Positions 51,734 to 61,046 of a stretch of DNA of 64,000 nt are shown piece after piece. The notes beneath the pieces are model-generated. The model was not told the DNA's origin. It saw nothing but the letters and a program-made list of their open reading frames with translations, and did not search any database. Source of the stretch: Desulfatiglandales bacterium (GTDB lineage Bacteria; Desulfobacterota; DSM-4660; Desulfatiglandales; HGW-15). Position numbers and translations under genes: made by a program. The DNA lies in NCBI GenBank assembly GCA_963667015.2, contig CAXXJJ010000004.1, positions 3,168,001 to 3,232,000 on the forward strand, in the 5' to 3' direction. Numbering within the stretch: the first letter of the stretch is position 1; every line of letters begins with the position of its first letter.

Positions 51734-52501
51734 ATGCTTTTCTGCATTGATGTAGGAAATACAAATATAGTAATGGGTGTCCTTGACCAGGATAAAATCG
51801 TAGGGCACTGGCGCGTGAGGACAGAAAAAGACGCCACCTCCGATGAGCTCGGTATCATGATATGCAATCTCTTTCAGACCTCCAGGGTCAGCATGCACGG
51901 GATAGATGATATTATTATATCATGTGTTGTCCCCCCCCTTCTCAATGCACTTGAAGGCCTGTCAAAACGTTACTTTAATATCAAACCGATGATTGTCGGC
52001 CGCGGCCTGAAAACCGGAATGCCCATAAAATATGATAACCCCAAAGAAGTGGGAGCAGACAGGATAGTAAACTCTGTAGCAGCCTATGAAAAATATAAAT
52101 GTGGTTTAATAATAGTAGATTTCGGGACGGCTACTACCTTTGACTGCGTATCGGAAGGCGGCGCCTGGATTGGCGGCGCGATATCTCCCGGGGTTTTTAT
52201 CTCCAGTGAAGCGCTTTTTTCCAAGACATCAAAGCTGCCCCGTGTGGAAATCTTTTCCGGCCCTAAAGATGTAATTGCCAAGGACACCATCAGCGCCATG
52301 AACGTAGGTATTGTTTATGGATATGCAGGCCTGGTTGACGGTATTGTAAAGCGTATTAAAAAAGAAATCGGTCATGAGGTTAAGGTTATTGCAACAGGAG
52401 GCATTGCACCCCTTATTGCAAAAGAGTCGGAAACCATTGATGCAATCGATGAAAACCTGACCCTTGAGGGACTGAAAATATTATATGAGAGGAATTCTTG
52501 A
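51734..52501 (+). CDS. coaX: Type III pantothenate kinase
   Basis: [27 protein letters not shown]. Confidence 0.96.
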   Translation: MLFCIDVGNTNIVMGVLDQDKIVGHWRVRTEKDATSDELGIMICNLFQTSRVSMHGIDDIIISCVVPPLLNALEGLSKRYFNIKPMIVGRGLKTGMPIKYDNPKEVGADRIVNSVAAYEKYKCGLIIVDFGTATTFDCVSEGGAWIGGAISPGVFISSEALFSKTSKLPRVEIFSGPKDVIAKDTISAMNVGIVYGYAGLVDGIVKRIKKEIGHEVKVIATGGIAPLIAKESETIDAIDENLTLEGLKILYERNS

Positions 52502-53397
52502 CTCCCGCACCGAAATGCCTGAAACAGGGAGATCTGATCGGCATAATAGCCCCTGCCAGCCCTGTGACTGCCGAAGAAATAAAACCCGCCATCGATATTA
52601 TTAAACAACTGGGATTCAGTGTCCTCGAAGGGGAGCACCTGTACGATGCGCAGGGCTACCTCGCAGGAAGGGATGAAGACCGGTTAAATGACCTCCATAA
52701 AATGTTTCGAAACAATGATGTAAAGGCGGTGTTATGTGCCCGCGGAGGATACGGCACCCCGAGACTGCTTGATAAGGTAGACTATGATCTGATAAAGGGA
52801 AATCCCAAGTTATTCATAGGCTACAGTGATGTAACGGCGCTGCTTCTGGCGGTCTTTCACAAGACAGGCATGGCCGTGTGTCATGGTCCTATGCTGAGAA
52901 ACATAGAAGGTCGAGAGGACAATCTAAACAACCTTTTAAAAATTCTTTCATCAGGCGGAGAGTTTAACCTGGGTCTTGAAGCGGATAATGTAATAAACCG
53001 CGGGACGGCCCGGGGCAGATTGCTGGGAGGGAACCTGAGCCTTATATCCGCTCTTCTCGGGACTTCTTATATACCCTCATTTAAGGGTTCCATCCTTTTC
53101 CTTGAAGACCGGGGAGAAGCCCTTTACAGGATAGACCGGATGGTGACTCAATTAAAACTGACAGGAACACTGGATGGCATAAAGGGTCTGATTATCGGAG
53201 AATTTCTGAACTGCGGCGATATAGATGAAATAAACGGAATCATATCAGAGTCCTTTAATCAGGATTGTCCGGTCTATGCCGGTTTTCCTGCCGGACACGG
53301 GAAGGAAAACCAGCCCCTTCCATTTGGAGTTGAAGCAGAGCTGGATACTGAATCATTAATATTACATGTTGACCCATTTATTGAACTATCAAATTAA
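52498..53397 (+). CDS. ldcA: LD-carboxypeptidase (S66)
   Basis: RGGYG, GYSD, HGP, GGNL, FLED, GH. Confidence 0.9.
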   Translation: MTPAPKCLKQGDLIGIIAPASPVTAEEIKPAIDIIKQLGFSVLEGEHLYDAQGYLAGRDEDRLNDLHKMFRNNDVKAVLCARGGYGTPRLLDKVDYDLIKGNPKLFIGYSDVTALLLAVFHKTGMAVCHGPMLRNIEGREDNLNNLLKILSSGGEFNLGLEADNVINRGTARGRLLGGNLSLISALLGTSYIPSFKGSILFLEDRGEALYRIDRMVTQLKLTGTLDGIKGLIIGEFLNCGDIDEINGIISESFNQDCPVYAGFPAGHGKENQPLPFGVEAELDTESLILHVDPFIELSN

Positions 53398-53479
53398 GAA
53401 AATTAATAAACGATATGTTAAAATATCATTCTGCGCCATTATATTCGGCACTCCTGTTTACCTGTGATTCGGAGGAACA

Positions 53480-54079
53480 ATGAAAAAAACTAAATTTATA
53501 ATTATCTCAATTGCTGTTTCTGTATTGATATTATTAGCATATAACGCGCAGGCCGGGGTTGCTACTGACCGTATTAAGACTGCGACTGATAAACTGATTA
53601 AAATTGTATCCAATAATGACCTTAATCCTCCTGAGATGGCAGATAAAAGAGCGCTGATGATCAGGGAAGCAGTGGATAAAGTTTTTGACTGGGCAGCATT
53701 TTCACAGAGAGCACTGGGAAGGCACTGGAAGGAGCTCAATAAAAAAGAAAAGGAAGAATTTATCCCTCTGTTCGGGAAGCTGATTGAACAAACATACATG
53801 GATAAAACACGGCAATACTCCGGACAGCAAATGAATTTTATCAATGAAGAACTCGATGAAAAATACGGGTCTGTTGATGCAGAGGTGATAATAAAAAATG
53901 ATGTTAATGTACCGATTCAATTTCGTGTACTGAAAAAAAATGAAACATGGTTTATTTATGACGTAAAAATTGAAGGTATAAGCCTTGTAAATAATTACAG
54001 GGTTCAATTCAATAACATTATAAATAAATCAGGATATACAGAGCTGGTATCCAAACTGAAGAATAAAGTTAATGAATAA
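53480..54079 (+). CDS. mlaC: MlaC/Ttg2D phospholipid-binding periplasmic protein
   Basis: Signal peptide, ALGRHW, W.IYDV.IEGISLV.NYR.QF. Confidence 0.9.
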   Translation: MKKTKFIIISIAVSVLILLAYNAQAGVATDRIKTATDKLIKIVSNNDLNPPEMADKRALMIREAVDKVFDWAAFSQRALGRHWKELNKKEKEEFIPLFGKLIEQTYMDKTRQYSGQQMNFINEELDEKYGSVDAEVIIKNDVNVPIQFRVLKKNETWFIYDVKIEGISLVNNYRVQFNNIINKSGYTELVSKLKNKVNE

Positions 54080-54104
54080 AAAGCGTTAAAGGGAGCTAAG
54101 TTAC

Positions 54105-54950
54105 ATGAAAAAAATATCATTTGTCTCAATACTGAGTGTAATCATATTATTGTTGTCCTCAGGCATTATATTTGCCGGATCTGGACCGGTCGCTGATACA
54201 ACAGAAAGGCCAGATAACAGTGCAATTCGTCTTGCCCAGGCAGACACCGCAACTACAGGCATGAGTGTCGATTCATCCGATGATGACTACACGTTTGATG
54301 ATGAGTTTATGGAGGATATGAAAGACCTTGAGGAACCCCACGCCTCTATCGCAGATCCGTTGGAACCTATAAACAGGGCCTTTTTTCATTTTAATGACAA
54401 GCTTTATTACTGGGTGCTCAAACCGGCTGCTAAGGGCTATAGCGCGATTGTGCCCGAACCTGCAAGAAAGGGTATTAAAAACTTTTTTAATAATCTTTCA
54501 TTCCCTGTCCGTTTTGTCAGCTGTATTTTCCAGGCAAAGTTTGAAGGTGCAGGAATAGAGGTTGATCGCTTCCTTATAAACTCAACTATCGGGCTTGCAG
54601 GCTTCATGGACCCTGCTGCTAATAAATTTGGCATGAAAGAGTACGATGAAGACCTGGGCCAGACACTTGGATCATATGGTATCGGACACGGGTTTTTCAT
54701 CAACTGGCCGTTCCTGGGTCCCTCAAGTGTTACAGATACCATTGGGTCAATAGGCGATGCCTTCCTGGAACCATTGAATTATGTTGATATGGAAACCAAA
54801 TATGATCTAGCATTACGTGGCTTTGAGACCGTTAATAAAACATCCTTAAAAATTGGAGAGTACGAAGATCTCAAAAAAGCCGCCCTAGATCCCTATGTTG
54901 CTTTAAGGGATGCCTATTTCCAGTACAGGCAGAATGAGATTAAAAAATAA
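54105..54950 (+). CDS. mlaA: MlaA/VacJ family protein
   Basis: DPLEPINR, RFLINST.G..G, EDLGQTLG, P.LGPS, DPY...RDAY.Q.R. Confidence 0.92.
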   Translation: MKKISFVSILSVIILLLSSGIIFAGSGPVADTTERPDNSAIRLAQADTATTGMSVDSSDDDYTFDDEFMEDMKDLEEPHASIADPLEPINRAFFHFNDKLYYWVLKPAAKGYSAIVPEPARKGIKNFFNNLSFPVRFVSCIFQAKFEGAGIEVDRFLINSTIGLAGFMDPAANKFGMKEYDEDLGQTLGSYGIGHGFFINWPFLGPSSVTDTIGSIGDAFLEPLNYVDMETKYDLALRGFETVNKTSLKIGEYEDLKKAALDPYVALRDAYFQYRQNEIKK

Positions 54951-54958
54951 AAAACTTT

Positions 54959-55025
54959 GCCACTAAGTCCCAAAGAAAAACAGTTTAACTAATAAATAAA
55001 CTTGGTATCTTGGTGCCTTGGTGGC
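54959..55025. repeat. Octamer-based inverted repeat element
   Basis: GCCACTAAG... paired with CTTGGTAT CTTGGTGC CTTGGTGGC. Confidence 0.55.
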
Positions 55026-55030
55026 TACAT

Positions 55031-55068
55031 AAAAAAAGGGCATCCCGGTTTGATCCGAGGATGCCCTT
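55031..55068 (-). terminator. Intrinsic terminator of the cold-shock gene
   Basis: AAGGGCATCC / GGATGCCCTT stem with a minus-strand T-run. Confidence 0.8.
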
Positions 55069-55086
55069 GTTAGTTATAATCGAAGA

Positions 55087-55287
55087 CTAAACCCGACTCA
55101 CATTTACAGCCTTGGGACCTCTTTCACCGTCTTCAACCTCAAATGTTACCTCTTCCCCCTCATTAAGGGACCTGTAGCCATCCGAATTAATTGAAGAGAA
55201 GTGAACAAAAAGATCGGGACCATCTTCCTGCTGAATAAAACCAAAACCTTTTCTGTTGTTAAACCATTTTACTGTTCCGTTTGCCAA
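55087..55287 (-). CDS. Cold-shock protein (CspA family)
   Basis: GTVKWFN..KGFGFI, FVHFS; TTG start with AGGAGG. Confidence 0.96.
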   Translation of the reverse strand: MANGTVKWFNNRKGFGFIQQEDGPDLFVHFSSINSDGYRSLNEGEEVTFEVEDGERGPKAVNVSRV

Positions 55288-55443
55288 TGCTCTAATACCT
55301 CCTTTAAGCCTTTCTTCGTCCGGGTTACCCCGGTAGTGAGTTAAAGCCGGGTTGCCCCAACTAAGGAAAACCCAGCTAATACAATCTCGGGTTTAGCTTT
55401 ATACAGAATATTAAGTTAATTTCTGCACAAATGAGTTACAAAT

Positions 55444-55472
55444 AGTATAGTGAGAACCAGAAAAAAGGTCAA
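55444..55472 (-). promoter_or_regulatory. Sigma-70 promoter of the cold-shock gene
   Basis: TTGACC-17-TATACT, giving a 5' UTR of about 150 nt. Confidence 0.7.
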
Positions 55473-55482
55473 TGAAATTTTG

Positions 55483-55881
55483 TTATGCCTTTTTTATTGG
55501 CCATTCGCCGCGTTCAACAAGCACTTCCCTGTATGCAGCCAGGGCCTCATTGACTGTAGGCATACCGGCATATGTGGAAAGCTGAAAAAATATTTCTGCA
55601 ATTTTTTCCGGATCACACCCCACATTGAGCGCGCCGTTAATATGAAGTTTCAACTCATCAGTTGCCCGGAGGGCGGCCAACATGGCGCATGCTGCCATCT
55701 GCCTTTCAGGAAGTGTCAAAACTGTCCTGGAATACAGCTTGCCGGTAATATGTAATGACAGGTCATTGGCCAGGTCTCTGTTAAACTCCTTCCAAAGCTT
55801 ATATGGAGGGTCCATCTTAATGCCTTTACTAAAGAGCTTTGCAGCAGTCTCCTGAGTCTTTTTTTTCAGTTCTTCATCCAT
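55483..55881 (-). CDS. Carboxymuconolactone decarboxylase family protein
   Basis: G.LYSR..L...ER, ELKLHI.GALN.G, YAGMP. Confidence 0.88.
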   Translation of the reverse strand: MDEELKKKTQETAAKLFSKGIKMDPPYKLWKEFNRDLANDLSLHITGKLYSRTVLTLPERQMAACAMLAALRATDELKLHINGALNVGCDPEKIAEIFFQLSTYAGMPTVNEALAAYREVLVERGEWPIKKA

Positions 55882-56041
55882 CGGTTTTCTCCTTTATTCT
55901 TAAAACTCTAAAATTTTCGAGGAACTACAATTCATACTATAGTCTGTAGATTTGCTGATTACATCAAGGCACAACACAGTATAAAAAAAATTATGAAAAA
56001 TCAAAAACAGATGAGGGATAATTTATGGGGCGAAATAAGGA

Positions 56042-56064
56042 GTTCCCACGGAAACCGTGGGAAC
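56042..56064. repeat. Perfect hairpin (REP-like or terminator)
   Basis: GTTCCCACGG-AAA-CCGTGGGAAC. Confidence 0.6.
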
Positions 56065-56088
56065 CAGGAAAAAGCAAGTTTCTATCGA

Positions 56089-56343
56089 CTACTCTTCGAT
56101 TTTCGGGGCTCGGGGATTCTGGCCGTTCTGGTGCAGAATCAACGCTGTGGCTTGCCCGGAATATTCGGTTTCAAAGGTGATCTGTGCATCGATAACCTTG
56201 AGAAAGAAATCACGTTCGGTTAGAATCTGATGGATTTTTTCATTGGATGGCACAGTCGATTCTACCGGTTCTGCCCCGAAAGCACAGATAGAGAAAAGCA
56301 AAACAACTGGGGCAGTAATTCCCTGAAACACTAAATTTTTCAT
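56089..56343 (-). pseudogene. Internally deleted serine hydrolase (beta-lactamase family, DUF3471-like tail)
   Basis: Signal peptide plus PSNEKIHQILTER joined to RDFFLKVIDAQITFE...ATALILHQNG. Confidence 0.6.
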
Positions 56344-56419
56344 TAGTTACGTCCTCCTTTGTTAAGAGGAGCTTATTGAGCGGCTTTACGCGAAATCTTA
56401 TCAAGTTCGGAAAATAACA

Positions 56420-57370
56420 CTACTTTTTCTTTGCCTTCTTAACTTTCCATGCCTTATTCATCATGTCTTCATCATATGGGCCGGGTATTACTCCCTCTGT
56501 GGCAAATACATAGAGAGCACCTCGATAGACATGATTTGCAATGGTTGAAAGGTATGCAAGTATGAACATGCATATCGTAAATATAAATATCATTATAACG
56601 ATTATTGCTCCTGCATTTGGAATATTCATCCCTATAAAAAAAATACAGGCAAAAAATAAAAGTAGAAGGGATATAGCAAAAATAAGCAGAGAAAAGACAC
56701 TGATTCCGGCATAGCCTATTACTGTTTCTCCCCATGTCCTTTTCAGCATTAAGGCTGAGGTCTTGAGCAGCTTAATTGGATTGGAGCTTTTTTCTTCCCT
56801 GATGATTACCGGTATTACAAAAATAGATGCTACACTCCAGGCAATCCCGATTAATCCCATAATCAATTTGCCGACAAAACCAAGTTTTTCCTCCAGCTTC
56901 CGGATAATGAGACCAATAGCCCCTGCAAAAAGAGACCATACCAATATGAGTTTAATCTTGGACAGGGCGGTTTTTATACCTCTTAAAAGAGAGACGCGTT
57001 TTCCGTTTAATCCATTGATAATTTCATTATAGAAGGCTACGTTTAAAAAAGTCGTTGAAAACATGGAAATCAGATAAAATAAAACAAACCAGGCATACCA
57101 GTAATTACCAAACAGTTGTTCTATTACCGTGCCACCTGTTACTTTTTTGTTTCCAACCATATTATGAATATGCTTTCCCAGTGTTTCCCAATGCGAAGGC
57201 TCTGTTATCGAATGTCCTGAATCCCACAGAAGAACAGGGGATAGAAAAAACAGTCCGATTATGACAAAAAAAACAAACCCGATAACAGGGAATAAAAGGA
57301 GTCTTTTATTTTGCACGATAACTGATAAAGAACTCCTGAATAAACTCCAGCTTGTTTTAAATTTTCCCAT
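56420..57370 (-). CDS. Membrane protein (DUF6159-like)
   Basis: SW.L...S..V......LLLFP start, several TM segments, KRTWGE. Confidence 0.75.
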   Translation of the reverse strand: MGKFKTSWSLFRSSLSVIVQNKRLLLFPVIGFVFFVIIGLFFLSPVLLWDSGHSITEPSHWETLGKHIHNMVGNKKVTGGTVIEQLFGNYWYAWFVLFYLISMFSTTFLNVAFYNEIINGLNGKRVSLLRGIKTALSKIKLILVWSLFAGAIGLIIRKLEEKLGFVGKLIMGLIGIAWSVASIFVIPVIIREEKSSNPIKLLKTSALMLKRTWGETVIGYAGISVFSLLIFAISLLLLFFACIFFIGMNIPNAGAIIVIMIFIFTICMFILAYLSTIANHVYRGALYVFATEGVIPGPYDEDMMNKAWKVKKAKKK

Positions 57371-57371
57371 T

Positions 57372-57761
57372 TTAAGACCTCCTGCTTAAAATATAATCCA
57401 TGAGTTCAGCTTCACTGATTCCCTCATTTTTTGCCTCTGCAATTACTCTGCTGAATAGATTATTAAGCCTGGTTTCTTTTTCTTCATCTGTAAGAGTAAT
57501 TGTATTTTGCTGGTTTGCAGAAACAAAGGAGCCGTTTCCTCTTTTGCTTGCAATTACGCCCTTAAGTTCCAGTTCCCGGTAAGACTTGGCTATAGTATTT
57601 GGATTGACTTCAAGGTGCCCGGCAAGTTCCTTTATTGTTGGAAGCCTGTCACCTTCTCTCAGTTCTCCGTTTCCGATAGCTGCATAGATAATATTAATTA
57701 TCTGCTTATAAACATGTACACCGGATGAGAAATCGACCGTCCAATTCAGAGCATTTTCCAT
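57372..57761 (-). CDS. GntR family regulator, YtrA subfamily
   Basis: VYKQI, GDRLPTIKELA, VNPNTIAKSY.EL, short C-terminal domain. Confidence 0.93.
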   Translation of the reverse strand: MENALNWTVDFSSGVHVYKQIINIIYAAIGNGELREGDRLPTIKELAGHLEVNPNTIAKSYRELELKGVIASKRGNGSFVSANQQNTITLTDEEKETRLNNLFSRVIAEAKNEGISEAELMDYILSRRS

Positions 57762-57782
57762 AACTTTATGTTCCTAGATAAA

Positions 57783-57823
57783 TATTTTACTAGCAAAGTA
57801 GTATAATAGTGTTTTAAAGTCAA
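57783..57823 (-). promoter_or_regulatory. Promoter with overlapping operator
   Basis: TTGACT-17-TACTTT; inverted repeat TATTTTACTA-N6-TAGTATAATA. Confidence 0.65.
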
Positions 57824-57962
57824 GTTTTTTTAAAAAAGAATTTATATTTTTCTGGAAATAATTAGGAAAGCCAGGCCTAATCATATGAAAGGCATTGAAT
57901 TAATTAGATTATCTTCTCGATCCAACTGAGACAGTGATAACCAGGGGTCTCACTGATAGATC

Positions 57963-59357
57963 TCAGCAAAGTGATCGTTTCATACTGTCGTAATATAGCA
58001 CAGCGACAAAATAGCCCCAGGTTATTACTGCAACAGATAGAATAATTATAAGGCCAATTAATAAAGGAGCGTTTTCCATTGCAACGACCATACTGCATGA
58101 AGCTACCATTACAATAATAAGCATAATTATAATAGATATCATCAGAATGGTTTTCCTGAAGAGAATGAATATTCCCCCAAAAAGAGGTATCATTAATACC
58201 GGGACAATAAGCAGAATCCAATTAATGGCGGGGGAAAAAGATTTCTTCTCAAACGTTATGGGTAGAAGAAATCCTGATAATAGATTGAATAAAAGAATTG
58301 ATGAAGCCATAATGCCGAGAGAGATAATTATAATTGTAAATAAAAGAAAAATTCGGCGCCAGAAATATTCTTTTCGACCAATAAGCAAGGAAATATCAAA
58401 CCGGTGGTATTGGAAGATGATGCTGATCATAACACTGGCAGCAATAAAGATCATCAGCAGAAACATAAATAGTACTTGCCCCTTAACTTGCTGTAAAAGG
58501 CATAGGCAAAGTGAAAACAAAACAATGCCGAGCAATATGGCTCTCCAGGAGGATGCAATTGGACCGATAACAAGATAAACCTGCCCCCATAGATTAGCCA
58601 ATAGTGTTAAATGATGATTGGATCTGATGCGTCCTGAAAAAAAATCGCCGGCTGACTCGGAAGCCCGATCAGGTTTTTTATACTTCATCATGCGCATGCG
58701 TTCTCGTTTAAAACGGGCCTGCGCTTCAGCACTAAAAGCACCGAATCCTATCCCTGGCTTAGCACATAGACGACGAACATTTTCTCTTCGGCCCACAGCA
58801 CGATAAATCATATAACTAATGACGCCGCTTAAAAAGGTCAGAAACCAAGGATGGGCCATGAGAACCGTTCTAATATCAATCAGTTCGGGCATAAAAAAAG
58901 TTGTGAACGATAATCCTAAGAATGCTAAGAATGGAAAAATTATCCACCTTTTGATAATGATAGTAATACCCATCCAGTAACTAAGATTAAACAAACCTAT
59001 ATATCCTATGAAAATGGCATAGCTGGTTTTGCAACCTTTAACATACAGGGTTGCAATAATAAGAAAGAATATAGTCATTATTGATAGCCATATAAGAAGG
59101 ATAAATTTCTGGACTGTTTTTGTATGTCCAGGCAAGCAGAATCCATAGGGTCTACTGAGTACTTCACCTGCTATCATCGCTATTCCTTCACCATATAAGG
59201 TTATGAATATCAAAGGGAATGCTATGAAAGGAAATTCAGCTCCTAGTATATATGAGGATATTCCCATTGTTATGAAGCCTGATATCAGTATTAAATGGAA
59301 TATCCATATTCGGCGGCATTGGTAAAGAGTCTTCAGATTCGCAGTAAGGGATTTCAT
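57963..59357 (-). CDS. Polytopic membrane protein, probable ABC permease
   Basis: Two hydrophobic halves; follows the ABC ATPase gene. Confidence 0.7.
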   Translation of the reverse strand: MKSLTANLKTLYQCRRIWIFHLILISGFITMGISSYILGAEFPFIAFPLIFITLYGEGIAMIAGEVLSRPYGFCLPGHTKTVQKFILLIWLSIMTIFFLIIATLYVKGCKTSYAIFIGYIGLFNLSYWMGITIIIKRWIIFPFLAFLGLSFTTFFMPELIDIRTVLMAHPWFLTFLSGVISYMIYRAVGRRENVRRLCAKPGIGFGAFSAEAQARFKRERMRMMKYKKPDRASESAGDFFSGRIRSNHHLTLLANLWGQVYLVIGPIASSWRAILLGIVLFSLCLCLLQQVKGQVLFMFLLMIFIAASVMISIIFQYHRFDISLLIGRKEYFWRRIFLLFTIIIISLGIMASSILLFNLLSGFLLPITFEKKSFSPAINWILLIVPVLMIPLFGGIFILFRKTILMISIIIMLIIVMVASCSMVVAMENAPLLIGLIIILSVAVITWGYFVAVLYYDSMKRSLC

Positions 59358-59379
59358 GGTACTTTATCTCCTATAACTA

Positions 59380-60267
59380 TTACTCCATGACAATTTTATA
59401 GATATCCTCAAGGGGTAGAGGATGGTAATCTATTCTGCAATTGAGTGATTCGGTCTGATTCTTAATCGTTTCAAGCTGAGGATTTTCAAGTATTATAACC
59501 GCCTGGCCATTATTCCTTTGACAGGCTATGATTCTTTTAAATGGCAATTCTTCGGGTATTGATGCCCCAAGGCTTGTAAGTCGTATACGCAGATATTGAT
59601 CGCGCAGGTTGTCAAAACTCCGGTTTTGCAAGACATTGCCTTTTTTCATTATGATCACGTGATCGATCACCTTTTCAACATCACTCAAAATATGTGATGA
59701 GATCAGTATGGTTTTTTGCTCCTGCTGAATAATATTTATCAACAGATCAAGAAACTGAGCCCTTGCAATTGGGTCCAGTGCGGATGCAGGCTCATCAAGG
59801 ATCAAGAATTCCGGTTCATGACCGATGGCCATGAGTATCGCCAGTTTCTGGCGCTGGCCTGGAGACAATGCTCCTACACGGTCATCGAGATCCATCTCAA
59901 AATCACACACATAGCGTTCTTCCAGGTCATTATTCCAATCAGGGTAATAGGCACTTACATATTGTATTAGCTGTTTTACGGTCATCCAGTTGAGGAGCTC
60001 TCCTTCCTGGTGAACATATCCTATACGTGACAACTCCTTTTGGCTGAGTTTTCCCGCATCATAACCGAAGGTAGTACATGTTCCTTCATCAGGAAGATAG
60101 AGGCCAATCATATGGCGTATTAAAGTACTTTTGCCGCAACCGTTTGGCCCTAACAGGCCGATTATGCTACCCGGCATAATATTTAAATCCACATAATCAA
60201 GGGCCTTTTTTCCATCAAAAGATTTTGTAAGGCCCTTGAATTCAACAATAGGCGAAATATTATCCAT
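59380..60267 (-). CDS. ABC transporter ATP-binding protein (YtrB-like)
   Basis: GPNGCGKS, LSPGQ, LILDEP, SSH; ATG 60267 overlaps the regulator end. Confidence 0.94.
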   Translation of the reverse strand: MDNISPIVEFKGLTKSFDGKKALDYVDLNIMPGSIIGLLGPNGCGKSTLIRHMIGLYLPDEGTCTTFGYDAGKLSQKELSRIGYVHQEGELLNWMTVKQLIQYVSAYYPDWNNDLEERYVCDFEMDLDDRVGALSPGQRQKLAILMAIGHEPEFLILDEPASALDPIARAQFLDLLINIIQQEQKTILISSHILSDVEKVIDHVIIMKKGNVLQNRSFDNLRDQYLRIRLTSLGASIPEELPFKRIIACQRNNGQAVIILENPQLETIKNQTESLNCRIDYHPLPLEDIYKIVME

Positions 60268-60664
60268 TTGATTTCTCCTCACGTTCTTTCAGAAATTTTA
60301 CAAACATTTTCTTCAGCATTTTTTCAGTTTTTTCCTCGGACAATCCAAACTGGATTGCGGTTGTAACGGCCTTTGATAAATGAGTTTCCAGGATTTCCTC
60401 TTTTGTCTGATCCTGTTTGTCCGGATGGATTTCAGCTATAAACAATCCTACTCCCCTGCGCCTATCCAGCAATCCTTCTGCTTCCATTGCAGAATATGCC
60501 TTGCTTACAGTCACTGGCGTTACCTTTAACTGCACGGCAAGTTCACGAACAGATACCAGCTGCTCTCCTTCTTTCAACCTGCCTGCCATAATCTGTTCAC
60601 GTACCTGATCTTTAATCTGCCGATAGATTGGTACTCCGCTGTGATGATCAATTTCCAGTAACAT
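60260..60664 (-). CDS. GntR family regulator, YtrA subfamily
   Basis: PIYRQI, GEQL.SVRELA, TVSKAY, RRGVG.F. Confidence 0.93.
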   Translation of the reverse strand: MLLEIDHHSGVPIYRQIKDQVREQIMAGRLKEGEQLVSVRELAVQLKVTPVTVSKAYSAMEAEGLLDRRRGVGLFIAEIHPDKQDQTKEEILETHLSKAVTTAIQFGLSEEKTEKMLKKMFVKFLKEREEKSNG

Positions 60665-60682
60665 TCATACATTCCTTGTTTA

Positions 60683-60722
60683 AGTGTTATACAACGCTAT
60701 AACACTAAAACACCTAAGTCAA
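60683..60722 (-). promoter_or_regulatory. Promoter with overlapping YtrA-type operator
   Basis: TTGACT-17-TAGCGT; perfect inverted repeat AGTGTTATA-N6-TATAACACT. Confidence 0.75.
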
Positions 60723-60761
60723 GAGATTTTTATTTCCAATAAAAACATCATATTCTCCGGC

Positions 60762-60793
60762 CTGTCCCGGCACAGCTTTATGCAATGATCGGA
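60762..60793. repeat. Dispersed REP-like repeat, degenerate copy 4
   Basis: CTGTCCCGGCACAGCTTTATGCAATGATCGGA. Confidence 0.5.
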
Positions 60794-61046
60794 TCAACTC
60801 GAGGAATGGCGTGTTGAATCAAATGGAAAGATTTTTCTTAGGGATTTATATGAGCAGGTTTGAGGAGACAGTAATAATAGGCGGACTGGATGGGAAAATA
60901 TCACCAGTCGTAAATTGACATTTCTCGACTCCCGCTAACTGGAGAGGAATAAATTGCAGGGGAGATCCAGCCTTTACAATATTTCAAGATTTATCCCTTT
61001 GGTCGAAATAACATATAAAAACTCATGCCTAAAATGATAGAGCTGA

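Noticed and set aside
55993..56223. 76-aa plus-strand ORF
   Set aside because: Overlaps the serine hydrolase remnant in antisense and runs through a hairpin repeat
60800..61040. Possible ncRNA or small ORF in the gap after the radical SAM gene
   Set aside because: Only a short hairpin and very short ORFs; nothing recognisable
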